Positions 49,378-60,789 of a stretch of 64,000 nt of DNA are shown in pieces. The stretch's first letter is position 1. Each line of letters starts with the position of its first letter. Source of the stretch: Lytechinus pictus (Eukaryota). Both the position numbers and the translations under genes were made by a program. The notes beneath the pieces are model-generated. The model ran no database searches. It worked only from the letters and a program-made list of their open reading frames with translations, and was not told the DNA's origin. The stretch lies in the NCBI RefSeq assembly GCF_037042905.1, contig NC_087252.1:15750001-15814000 (forward strand). The letters run 5' to 3'.

Positions 49378-50294
49378 CTAATGACGTCATTAAATAATAA
49401 ACAGCAATTGGACACAAACGTAAATATTTCTTAGGGGGACGGGGTTGAATAATCTGAAAATTACAAAAACTTGAATGATGTCAAAGGATATACATAACCT
49501 TTCATAAAATTGCATTACTGTGCATATTTTTTTTTTCAAGATTCAAGAAGTTTATTTCATTTCCATGACAAATATAAATCAAATACAGATACAATTCAAA
49601 GTACGAGTACAAGATCAATTTTACCTTAGCATAATTATATAACAAAAGCTTGTTAAAATTAGTATGGAAATTAGGGGATCCACTAAAAAGCATTGCTTGT
49701 AGAGCGTGGATCCCTTATAGCGAGTTGAAGAAATAATTTATATTAAGCAATTGAGAAAAGGCAAAGTAATAACAGTTGAATAAATGTGGAAATTCATTCG
49801 ATTGTACAAATGTACAAATATACAATATTATAAAATGGGAAAGTAAAATGTGATAAATATAATAGGAAAAAATGATAGCAAAAAATGGAAATAAGGTGAC
49901 AGAAGTACGGGACGACATGCATTATCAAGGACACACACACACACGAAACAAAGAAAGAAAAAAAAAAGAAAAAAAAAATACAGTGACATATTAGAGGATG
50001 GAGGAGAGAGTGAAGAAATAGGCTGACCGATAGAGATCGAGGGAGAGAGAGTGTGTGACTGGGAGGGAGGCAGACAGATAGAGATAGATGAACAGGCAGA
50101 CACACATAGGGAGAGAGGGAGGGGGACAACCAGAGTGGGGAGATGGAGAGAGAGAGAGAGAGAGCGAGAGGGAACAAAGTTCGTACTAACATGGATCAAC
50201 GAGAGCGCTACATAAATGGTCATGAAAGCACAGATGTGGGATTGATACCCGGGTGATATGGAAAATTTAGTGTGAGATACAAGATATTCAGGAC

Positions 50295-50978
50295 CTACAA
50301 ACAAATCAATTTCGTTGGTAAGATAGTAACAAAAATACTTTTAATTTTCTCTTGAAGGAGTTGATGGAGGGGGCCTGTTGAATATCTTTGTGGAGAGAGT
50401 TCCAAAATTTGGGGGCTTGAAAGTACTTTGAGCAAAAATAGTTCTTGGCATTGGCAGATGAAAGTGATCGCCATGTCTGGTAGGATATTATTTTGAGGAA
50501 ACATATCGTGGAATGCGGAGGGAACCATGTCGTTTTTATAGTTGTACATAAACTGTCCTAGTTGGAATAAGTACAAGTCTTGGATTTTAAACAAATTATA
50601 TTCGAGGAATAGCGGATCAGTGTGAGAACAGGGATGTGAAAATGAAATAATACGAAGGACTTTCTTTTGTAGTAGTAATATTCTGTTTAGTAAATTTTGG
50701 TGTGTATTACCCCAAACCAGGATTCCATAGTTGAGATATGGTAGTATAAGAGAAGAATATAGAGTTAGGAGAGAGGTAACAGGAATAAATGTTTTTAACT
50801 TATTTATTATGCCTATATTACGAGAGATGGTTTTGCAAATATTATCAATGTGACATTTCCAGGAGAGTTTGTTATCTACATGGACACCCAAGAATTTGAT
50901 TGACGAGACACTTTCCAGCTGAATATCTTCAATACAAATATCAAGAGGCAACGAATCTATAGTATTACTGAATAACAT
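50295..50978 (-). mobile_element. CR1/L2-type LINE ORF2 fragment (RT C-terminus), 5'-truncated
   Basis: KFLGVHVDNKLSWKCHIDNICKTISRNIGII...LYSSLILPYLNYGILVWG; frameshift near the 3' end. Confidence 0.88.
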
Positions 50979-51470
50979 GTATCATAACATATATGAAATT
51001 AAGCTCTGTATACATCTCCATACATTATTTCACATACACTTCTCATGAACACTTTTTTGAAAGTATTCATTAACCTTTCGAAATGAAAATGAAATTATGG
51101 GACTAATATTACCAGACATATTGGGCGGCTGCTCACATAAGGCGGCAAAGAAAAAGACAAAATCATAACATTCGTCAACCCTCCACTAAATATTCTTATT
51201 TCATTTTTTCAGCTCTATTTAAACCAATTTTTTTTAGGTTGGACTTCTCATTTAAGAAAAATTAAGAACACATTTAAAATTAGTTCAATTCAGATTGATA
51301 AGGGGTAAAATTAACAAGGCTTCAGTGAGAAATACACATGATGTCATATTTTACTTTTTTCATCAAGTGTTTATCTTTTATCTGAGGATAGACCTACAGG
51401 GAATTCATGTTCCATAAAGCATGTTTTGATGATAACCCGGGCCGCCTGTCGTGCAAACCTCCAAACCTAC

Positions 51471-51552
51471 CGTTTAGTACGATAAAAATTACTGGGTCTA
51501 CCGTTACTGGTTACGCCGTGTACGCTGTGATTGTTCCTACCATTATAAATTC
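51471..51552 (-). CDS. Exon 6: linker ending in the RTKR furin-type site
   Basis: aacag|GA...AAA CG|gtaggt; its phase 1-2 supplies the phase needed by exon 7; GIYNGRNNHSVHGVTSNGRPSNFYRTKR. Confidence 0.78.
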
Positions 51553-51644
51553 CTGTTAAAAATGGGACAGCAAACTATTCTTTGCCTCAAAACTATCCAG
51601 TAACGGCCATTGTTAGCATTAATTTAATTGAGTAATTGGAATAC

Positions 51645-51761
51645 CTGGGTCGCAGTGTGATTCTATAAACAATGCATCAGGACACACACATCCAGATTGA
51701 AGGATCAAAGAGTCGAAAGCGGATCCAAAGTTGATTTGGTCTCCCGAACATAGATGTACAT
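51645..51761 (-). CDS. Exon 5: 4-Cys degenerate EGF-like unit
   Basis: tgcag|AT...CCA G|gtattc; DVHLCSGDQINFGSAFDSLILQSGCVCPDALFIESHCDP. Confidence 0.8.
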
Positions 51762-52280
51762 CTGCAATAATTATTCAAAGGTAGATTGAAATAGTAATGA
51801 ATGCAATAGACAAGGACCGCAAAGCAATTTTGAAAGTGTGCGTGTGGAGATGAGGAGGGGGCGGTAACATGCATTGAAAAATCGCAATTTCCGAGTTATG
51901 TTCATGTTTTGTGCACCTTTACTGAAAAGAATGTGTGTGTGGAGGGGATGGGGTCACTAGGGTGGGATGAAGACTCAACCAATGACCCTGGGAAGCGGGG
52001 GGGGGGGGTGCTGCGTGTATTATTTTCCATAGGCAGCACCTCCTGGAATTCTGGTAGATGTGTAAGATTTGGTAATTTTATTTCATTTTGGACAATATTA
52101 ATGGGACATGAAGAAAAGTACAACTATAATAAAAGCACAAAAGTCAATGCCTTGTAAATTTAACACGGAAGCGTGATTATAATACTTCAGCGACTGATAT
52201 TTGCTGGTTCATTAGGTCAAGATCCTTTGTAGAAACGAATAATATCTCATTGTTATTTCATTTTTTTTTTCCTCACTCAC

Positions 52281-52586
52281 CTCGAACAAAGTTTGGATAG
52301 TTGCTTCCATCTTGTCTCGAGTAATTAGCTGTGCACACGCATTCAAACTGGACTGCTGATGGAGTCATTACAGAGACGTTCCATTCCAAATACAAACCAC
52401 CCATGTTCGCTGTAGAGCTCATTAAAGTTGTGTCCTCCCTTACATCACTCTGATCATCATTATCACTAACAATTGGAGCCGAGGTATTAGGAGAGGTGAC
52501 ACCAGTGGAAGTAGTTGTTGTGGTGTTATTAGTAGCAGCAGTAGGAGTAATAGCTGTATGTTCTCCAGCAAAAGTTGAATTATGTT
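52281..52586 (-). CDS. Exon 4: mucin-like paralogue of exon 3 plus a CxC remnant
   Basis: cacag|AA...CGA G|gtgagt; 306-nt open frame; TPTAATNNTTTTTSTGVTSPNTS...QSDVREDTTLMSST...FECVCTANY. Confidence 0.85.
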
Positions 52587-52829
52587 CTGTGTAATGGAGA
52601 CAAAAACTTTAGAAATGAAGAAATGTTCTCTAATAGTGCAAGGAAGATAAATACTGTTCTATTTTGATCACAATTTCAAATTAACTCTTTACAACTTTTT
52701 TGTGTTAACGACCTCTCTTTTTCAATTAAATATATACTCAGTAAATTTTAGAAAGAAAATGTTAGAATTATAGGCTTGTCTGGTATGGCATTCTCCGATG
52801 TCCAGCACTAATTAGCCCGTCAGATATCA

Positions 52830-53253
52830 TAATACTTTATCCTTTCGTGTAGTGGTTTGGACGTAGAAGTTATTAGTGTTGTCCTTTCCCTTTTGTCATT
52901 CTGATCGTCATTATCATTAACAATGGTAGTTGAGGTAAAAGGAGAAGTGACAAGAGTAGTGGTAGATGTAGTAGACGTACACAGTAAAATAAAATTATAC
53001 AACGCTGTTTACTATATGAACCTTACAGTAATTGTTTAAACAGTTTAAACAACTGTTTAAATCTTAAGCAACAAAGTTTAATTTTCAATATCTAATTGTC
53101 AATAAATTAAACATGATTGTTTAAGCGGTTAAACAAATACTGTAAGGTTCATATAGTATACAGCGTTGTATAAAATCTTAAACAGCGTTTTTACTGTGTA
53201 GTATTGTAGCAGCAGGAATGACAATGGCAGCATGATCCACATAAGAAGGTACT
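52830..53253 (-). pseudogene. Decayed copy of the mucin exon, interrupted by a MITE
   Basis: TSTTSTTTLVTSPFTSTTIVNDNDDQNDKRERTTLITSTSK aligns to exons 3 and 4. It is split by the insertion at 52980-53198 and remains frameshifted after the insertion is removed. Confidence 0.7.
52980..53198. mobile_element. TA-targeting palindromic MITE
   Basis: ta|CACAGTAAAA ... TTTTACTGTG|ta with inverted ATACAACGCTG.TACTATATGAACCTTACAGTA arms. Confidence 0.82.
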
Positions 53254-53434
53254 CTATGATTTGTTTGATTAAGACGATATCAAAGTTGAGAGTATTCTCT
53301 ATCCTTCAATGAAAAAGAAAATCGCCTGTTTTTTATCATGACCAAACAACGGTTGTAACAACACCTTTTTGGTGCCGTCATATATACAGTATATATTTAC
53401 AACCGCACTAAATATAGTTATTGGTACTAATAGT

Positions 53435-53469
<35 letters not shown>

Positions 53470-54360
53470 GACCAATAAGCCAGTTCACGGTTAGCTCATG
53501 ATCAACTTTTCTCAAATGACCTATGTGATTTTTCATTAGGATAAGCACTATCATTTTCAAATGTAGATGTTGCGTAAGCTTTACCGGTAGAGTATTCAAA
53601 TTCTAAGAACAAAAGGCATTGTATAGACCAGGTGACTAGAATAGTACATCAGGGATAGAGTTTGGAAATCTGTTTTATTGTCTGCCCTTGGCACATTTGA
53701 CTATTGTCTAGGCTACTGTAAAATACCAGTGATTATGAAGGCTCTATTTATTACTCTTCAGCTTCGATGTGATAAATATTTTGAAAGGAATACATGAATA
53801 ATCATCAAATCACAAATGCCTATGTCAGTGAATTTGAAAGCCACCTTCATGGTTGTCTCCAATGACCTTTTTCTGCTCGTGCGCAGTTTACAACCGTGAA
53901 CAGGCTTATAGCTGTATGATCTACAGCAAAAATTGATTTATGTTATGTGTAATGACGACACAAGACATTTTTTAATACACAATTTCGGATTTAACTTTCC
54001 AATGACCTTTCCTCTTTTTCAATTAGAACGGTACTGAATGAATTCTCAATCTTATAGAACAGTTGTACACAAAAAAGACAGGGATTTAAAATAAATCCAT
54101 TACGGCTGTGAATACTGATGAATAGTCGATATTATGATTTGAAATCAGTCCTTAAGAGATTAAAATGTAAATCTTAAAAATTGATTTTTAACTCCAAATT
54201 TTTTAGCACTTAAATCTTCATGGATTAATCTTAAATCGCAACATCGACTGGTCACTCTTCATCGACGCGATAGATTTATATTAAATCCTTGTAATTTAGA
54301 GTGTATAACATTGCGCGATATACAACTATTATCGGCTTGTCAGATAGCATAAAACTTTAC

Positions 54361-54531
54361 CCATTCTTGTACGTAATTTGCTTGTAGAGCTCACTCGTGT
54401 CGTGTCTTCACTTGAGTCACTCTGATTTTCACTATAAGTGGTAGCCGAGTTATAAGGAGAAGTGACAAGAGTAGTGGTAGATGTGGTATTAGTGGTAGGA
54501 GCAGCAGGGGGAGCGATGGGTACTCTTCCTT
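54361..54531 (-). CDS. Exon 3: Thr/Ser-rich mucin-like segment
   Basis: cacag|AA...ATG G|gtaaag; PPAAPTTNTTSTTTLVTSPYNSATTYSENQSDSSEDTTRVSSTSK; 171 nt. Confidence 0.8.
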
Positions 54532-55172
54532 CTGTGTAATGAAGACAAATTCGGAGTTAGGCAATGTTCTCTACCCTTCAATGAAAAAAAAAATGTTTTA
54601 TGTATGAATGTATGCATGTATATATATATATACGTATGTTTAACGTCGAAAATTTGGAATTCAAAATAAACTGTTGGAACAAAGTACAATGCATTACCAC
54701 TTTGCCTCATTAATATATATATATATATATATATATCCTGTATATGGGGGCGATTTTATAAAATATGAAAATATGTACGTCCGACCCCATGTATGTGGGA
54801 CCTTCATGACATTTTCTATCTCTGATTATTTCCGATTCTTTGAACAGTCTGAATTGCTCTTAAGTGGTCATGACTTGGTCAGTTTATGAAGTGAAGTAAA
54901 ACTTGAGAAAAAGGGGGTCGGATGTCCAAAAATGTTTATTATTTTGATTGCCCAAATATATACATGCTTGTAATACAGTAGATGAAAACCAGCTACAGAT
55001 CACTGGATTCCGATTTTTTTTCTCCGTACCTCAGTCTGTTATCTATCGTTATTTATTGTAAAAATTTATCGCAGTTGGACACGCTTCAAATATATTTTCA
55101 TGTGAAAATAGAATTTTGCCTTTGAGATAATTGAAAGTATACATACTGAAGGAAAATTTGAATTTCCCTTAC

Positions 55173-55277
55173 CACAAATAACACCTGTAAATCCAAAAGG
55201 GCATTGGCAAGTAAAGCCACTACGTTCCTCCTTACAGGTTGCTCCGTTGCGACAAGGGTTGCTATCACATAGATAAA
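55173..55277 (-). CDS. Exon 2: canonical 6-Cys EGF domain
   Basis: tctag|TT...TGT G|gtaagg; YLCDSNPCRNGATCKEERSGFTCQCPFGFTGVIC; phase 1-1. Confidence 0.92.
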
Positions 55278-56615
55278 CTAGATAAGAAATTCGAACGAAA
55301 ACAAAAAGGATATACTATATAGATTAATATGCGATATGCTTCAAAAGGGCTCGGAAAGCAAGTGATTCAGCCCCCCCCCCTAATAAAAGACCCGTTGTGT
55401 TGACCGGTGTGCAAAGATGACCACACCTGTCAGTTCACACCGGTGCTAAATTGGTGTTTATTCACACACCATGAGGTTATTACAACAATTGTGCTTGCTA
55501 AAGTAACCACCATTGGTGTAATGTTCAAACTCTAAGGTGCAGTTTAACACCTTAAGGTGTGGTCCACCAACCCAGGGGTGGGGGGCTGTACACATGCTTG
55601 ACCAAATTATTTCCAAACACCCCCTAAACGAGTTTTTCTCTGTGTGCAAAATAACCCCCTAAACAAGTTTTTTTCGCAGGCTTCATTTACACATTTTGGC
55701 CCCAAGTTGTCGCCAGAATATGACCCCTAAACAAGTTTTGTCTATTTGCTAACGAGAATAAGTTTAAATCCGGGGCCCGTTCCAAGGGCCGTTGCTTACA
55801 ATTGGGAATAACCCGAACACTTTTCAGAAACGAGGAGGAAAAGGCCCCGGGGAGAAAGCTTTGGGGAAAAAACATACCCTAAACACGCTTGGCTAGTCTT
55901 AATAATAAAAAGCTTTGGAAAAGAATACACTGAATACGTTTTACCCCGCGATTGACCATTGACCAGTCTTTCAAAACCAACTCTTTTTTTTTTGAAAATC
56001 GGTGTTTTTGATACCCTTTACGAGTGCACGCGCGGCCCGCGCCCAAAACTGAGAAAAACACCCCTTTAAACGCGTTTTTTTTTGTCACGTATGTGTGCAG
56101 CAATATATTTGACTGCCCCCCCCCCCCCCGGGTCCAACAGGGAAACAGCGGGTGTCATTATTAACACCCCAGTATTTACACTACAGTGAAGTCTCAAGAA
56201 ATTATGATAATAAGAAGCAAGATGGCAATTGATTGAAATAATGCATCTGAGGAAAAGAGTAAGAATTGGAATAATGATGCGCACGAAATAGGAAGAGTAA
56301 GAATTGGAATAATGATGCGCACGAAATAGAAAGAGGAAATGAAGCATTGTGCTAAAATGTGTATATTGTAAAGACCGGGTGTTCAACCTGACACCATGTT
56401 GGTGTACCTAGAGGACCACATCCTGAGGTGTTTAGAATTACACCCTATATAGAGACAGAATATAAGACCAAAGAGAGTACAACGACCAAAGATGTCGTAA
56501 TAACACTCATGGGTGTTATAATAACACAATTAACTTAACACCGAAGTAAAATTACTGATGCGGTCCTTTATGTACACCAATCAACACCATATTTTGTCGT
56601 GTAGATTACACTCAC

Positions 56616-56685
56616 CCTGCACGCCTGCAAATGTGTTGCCCGTTTGGAACGCAAGGACAAAGAAAGCAAGTGCTATGTACTTCAT
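56616..56685 (-). CDS. Unnamed EGF/mucin/FN3 type I membrane protein, exon 1 (signal peptide)
   Basis: ATG at 56685; MKYIALAFFVLAFQTGNTFAGVQ, then G|gtgagt donor. Confidence 0.82.
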
Positions 56686-58389
56686 TATTGATAACGGAGG
56701 AGACAAATCTCCGAGGAGCACAAACTCTGATGACAGATCGAGGATGAATGAAATCCTAAACTCTGAGGCAGGCCGTTATGAACATTATATAAAAATAATC
56801 GCACTTCAGTCGCGAAGTGGTCTTCTCTCTTAGCTTGTCATTTTCTTTCTATTAATGGTCATGCAATCATAGTACTTGTCATCAGTTTTGGTTTATTATT
56901 GGCAAACATTTGAAAATCGTTTCTTAATTACAATTAAGGTGCGTATTATTTTCTCTTGTCGAAATCTGTGTAATCAGTATGATGGTCGAGAATAATATCT
57001 TTAATTGGCATGGTGATCGTGATCATTGTTTGTTCTTCCTTAAATTGCATATTCTATATCGACTCTCTGTTAACATTACACTCATGTCATTAGATATGCA
57101 ATAATCTTTCGATGGTAATTGATCAATGAGACGAGCTAATTTCGTATTTCATTTCCTGTCACTTTTGGCAGGCCTGCCTCGACAAATATTAAGTAAAACT
57201 CTTACTCTTTCAAAATAATGTTCTACTTAATCAAGTTTATTTCAAATCATAGTGTTCGATACAGAAGTATTTGTATATCAATTGGACGGGGGGGGGGGGG
57301 CGACAATACGCCTCTTCACTCTCAATTTTAGTGATGGTCTTTTATCGGCCGAAGTAAAACAAAAAAATATATAACAATTATATTTAAGATTTATATAGCG
57401 CACATATCTGTCGATAATGACACTGAAGTTATTTAAAAAAAAAGAGATGATCGAAGAATAAGAAAAAAAATGAAAGACGATAACAGATAACGCTGGGGGA
57501 ATTATCAAAATAATGTGAGATTCATTTGTTTCGTGGGCTCTATAATAATGCAGTCAGTAGTGTAATGAGTCAAAAAAATTGAGGGGGGGGGGTCAGACAT
57601 GGCGTAAGGGGCAAAATTTCTAAATTCCACGCACTAATCAAATGACCGACTTCAACAAAGGGTTTAACACTATACCCTACCCTAAACCTAAAACCATATT
57701 GCAACCCGAACCCTACTTCTATACGAAATTAAGTCCAGAGCAATTGTCGCCGGAGCAAATTTCGTCACCGCGAGTATTCACCCCATCCCATTTGAATCCC
57801 TATTTTAATGTGTGAAAGGCAGAGACTCCAACTCTCCCGCCGAAAGCGTATTTTCGCAAAATATTCCGTTCTCCCGCTGGAGATTAATATTTCCCGCCTA
57901 GGCTAGTCTGCGGGCACAGACCCTGATTGGAACTTTGATCAATAAGTGTGCCTCTACGCAAAGACTAGCACATACAAAACTTGCTGTTCCAATACAGGCG
58001 AGAGAGCCTTCAGTACACAAGGCATGAGTAGGCTGCACATTCAGACCCTTAACTTGAGTGAAGGGTTTGCCCAGCAGACTAGCATAGGCCCTGTGTCTCC
58101 AGTGTAAAATGTATTTTCTCCCGCTTACTTGATATTTCTCCCGCCCAAACACTTTAAAAAAAAAAAACTTGAATTAAATTTCCATATCCCGCAAGTCGAT
58201 ATTCAAGTAAGGTAGAGCGTCAACGCTGCATGCGACCTCGCAAATTTAACGGGCGCGAGCATGCTAGGATAGATAGCATCACCCAAAGACGTTATAATAT
58301 ATTCGGTCTAGTAAATCACCCCTCCTACCTTGCATATCAAAGACAGCGCGCGCTGCGAGCTACTTTGGTAATAAAACGCACAGAACATA

Positions 58390-60700
58390 TAGTAGGGGAG
58401 AGAGATAGGGTTCCCATGCACCCGAATGATATATTTTTTTAACCTACATTTTTGTAATCTGTAAGATGTGTAGTGAATGAATTTTGATGTTCCCAAAACG
58501 AAATATTGTCCCATGGGGTTCAAATTCAAGATGGCGTCCAAAATGGCCGCCATATTCATGGGATTTGGATTTTCGTACATAGATTCCGACACAAACATTT
58601 ATTTGCCACAAAATTAGTGTCATATGAAAGATAAATAAATTTTCTACAAGTTGATACTATTCATGGGTGATAAAATGGTAATTCGGCTGAGATTTTAGTA
58701 CGAAAAGTGCAATTTTGAGATTTTTTTTCCAAAAATTGAAAAATTGCAAAATACATGATTTACCATAAATCTAAAGAAAATAAAGAAATCGCCTCGAAAA
58801 TTTCTAGAAAACTTTCCTTATATACAATTATTAAGTGGACGAAATTCCAAATTGATATCAATATTAGTCACAAACTTATTATGTCTCAAACTTGAAAATT
58901 CAATTTTCAGAAATTTAGCTTTTTTTACTGCATATCGGAGACTTGGATATATTAATGTATATTGTCACATTTTCAACCCAGAAAATGGAAATAGGCCTTC
59001 ATAAAATGCGAAATTATCTATTATTTTGTTGGTAGAATTTACTACAATCCCTTTATTCTTCGATTTCAAGTCGGTTGATATAGTTTTTAAAAGAATTTGG
59101 CAAAAATTTGTGTGTTTTTTGTAAAAAAAAATTGCACATGCACTGTTATTGATCAGATTTATTATGAATATCAGTATTAAATGCACAATCTCAACATTCG
59201 ATATGACAGATGATGTATCAACGAGAATATTGGCAGGCTTCATGCCACCATAAGTAACTTCATTTGCTTCAAATAGAAGGAAAATATGCTGAATGCATTG
59301 AGCGATTTTGCGCTAAAGTGAGGCCAAAAAGCAACCTTAGTGTGGCAGTCACATCCATGAAAACGATTGCAAAGGGATGAATGGTATGTCATTCAAATAA
59401 TACAATAGCTTGGATCAGCCTCTCGCATCGATTGTGTAGGTATGACTAACACATCGTAATGTCCAGTATGTAATGTGCATGGTAAAAGAAATGTATCTGA
59501 TTCAGAAGGATGCAAAGACAAAAAAAGGTGTTTCTGTTACATTATAAAGAAATTTATTAAATATTGTCTATTGGAAACAGTTATAAGATACACTAGCACT
59601 GCAGGTAAAAGAGATGAAGTTCTTACACATCAATACACAGCTCAAAGGAATATGTCGAAGCTACCCCCACTTTATCTGTATTTTGAATCTATGGCCTGTA
59701 TTCCTAAATCAGGTTTATCTTCGAACACAAAATTAGTGTCATATGAAATATGAATAAATTATCTACAAGTTGGTATTAATCATAGGTGATGAAAAGGTAA
59801 TTCGGCTGATCTTAATAAGATAAGTGCATTTTGAAATTGTTTTCCCCAAAAATGAAAATTTGCAAAATACTTGATTTACCATATATCTAAGAAAAATAAA
59901 GGAATTGCCTTGAAACTTTCTAGAAAACTTTCCTAATATACAATTATTAAGAAATTGATTATTTTACTGCATTTTACAGACTTAAATTACTATATTGTCA
60001 TTATCTTTACCACCCCTTTTCACCACATTGATAAGTTTTTCTAACCTTCACCTTTTCAATCCTGGAGTCGTATACTGAATGAATTTATTTTGATGTTCTG
60101 AAAACTTGAATATTGTCCCTTGGCCGCCACTTTGACGGCCATCTTGGATTCTGACAAAAGAACTCTTACAAATATTTTGAGGGTATTCTGAGTATGAGAA
60201 ATTAATTGAGTGGGTTATCTTTATTCTTTACAATTTAAATCAAACAATTCTGATACATTAAAGTGCCAAAAATGACAAAAACCTCTTTCTGTTGACCAAT
60301 GTAAAGAAGGGGAAGGCATTTTTGGAACATTGAGATGTGTATGGCTGTGTTATTAATCTATTTAATATTTTCAAAAGTAGAAAATGTGGTGACGAATCAG
60401 TACCACGGAAAAAGGCCTCCTGTAAATTGCATTTTACAACTTCCAACAATTAACTTATATCATGTCAAAATGCAAGCTTTATGGTTCTTAGGGAGGACTT
60501 TGACAAACAGGCAGTCAATCTTAGAAGTCATTGGCAGGCTCATGTGCTACATTTGGGCGATCTTTTTTAGCTAAAACTTTGTGCCAATGTGATCTTGAAA
60601 GATATATTCCTGATCCAGAAGTTGTAAACTTTGGACTGGAAAAGCAATTTTGCTTGCTGCAAAATTCAAGAGAATTTCATTCTCTTTGAGAAAAAAAACA
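58390..60700. mobile_element. Probable arm of a large non-coding DNA-transposon-like repeat (boundaries approximate)
   Basis: Internal direct repeat ~58589-58935 vs ~59725-59975; CAAGATGGC motifs; 59236-59421 recurs inverted at 63816-64000. Confidence 0.5.
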
Positions 60701-60789
60701 TGGAATTTTCTTGGTTGCCATCCGGGCAACCATGATGGCAGTTTTGGTTGCCAACGTCACCCGGGCGACCGCTAATTTCGATTCCTGCT

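Noticed and set aside
51113..51128. 16-nt candidate exon of the minus-strand gene
   Set aside because: Joining it creates a stop or frameshift; exon 51471-51552 already gives the correct phase.
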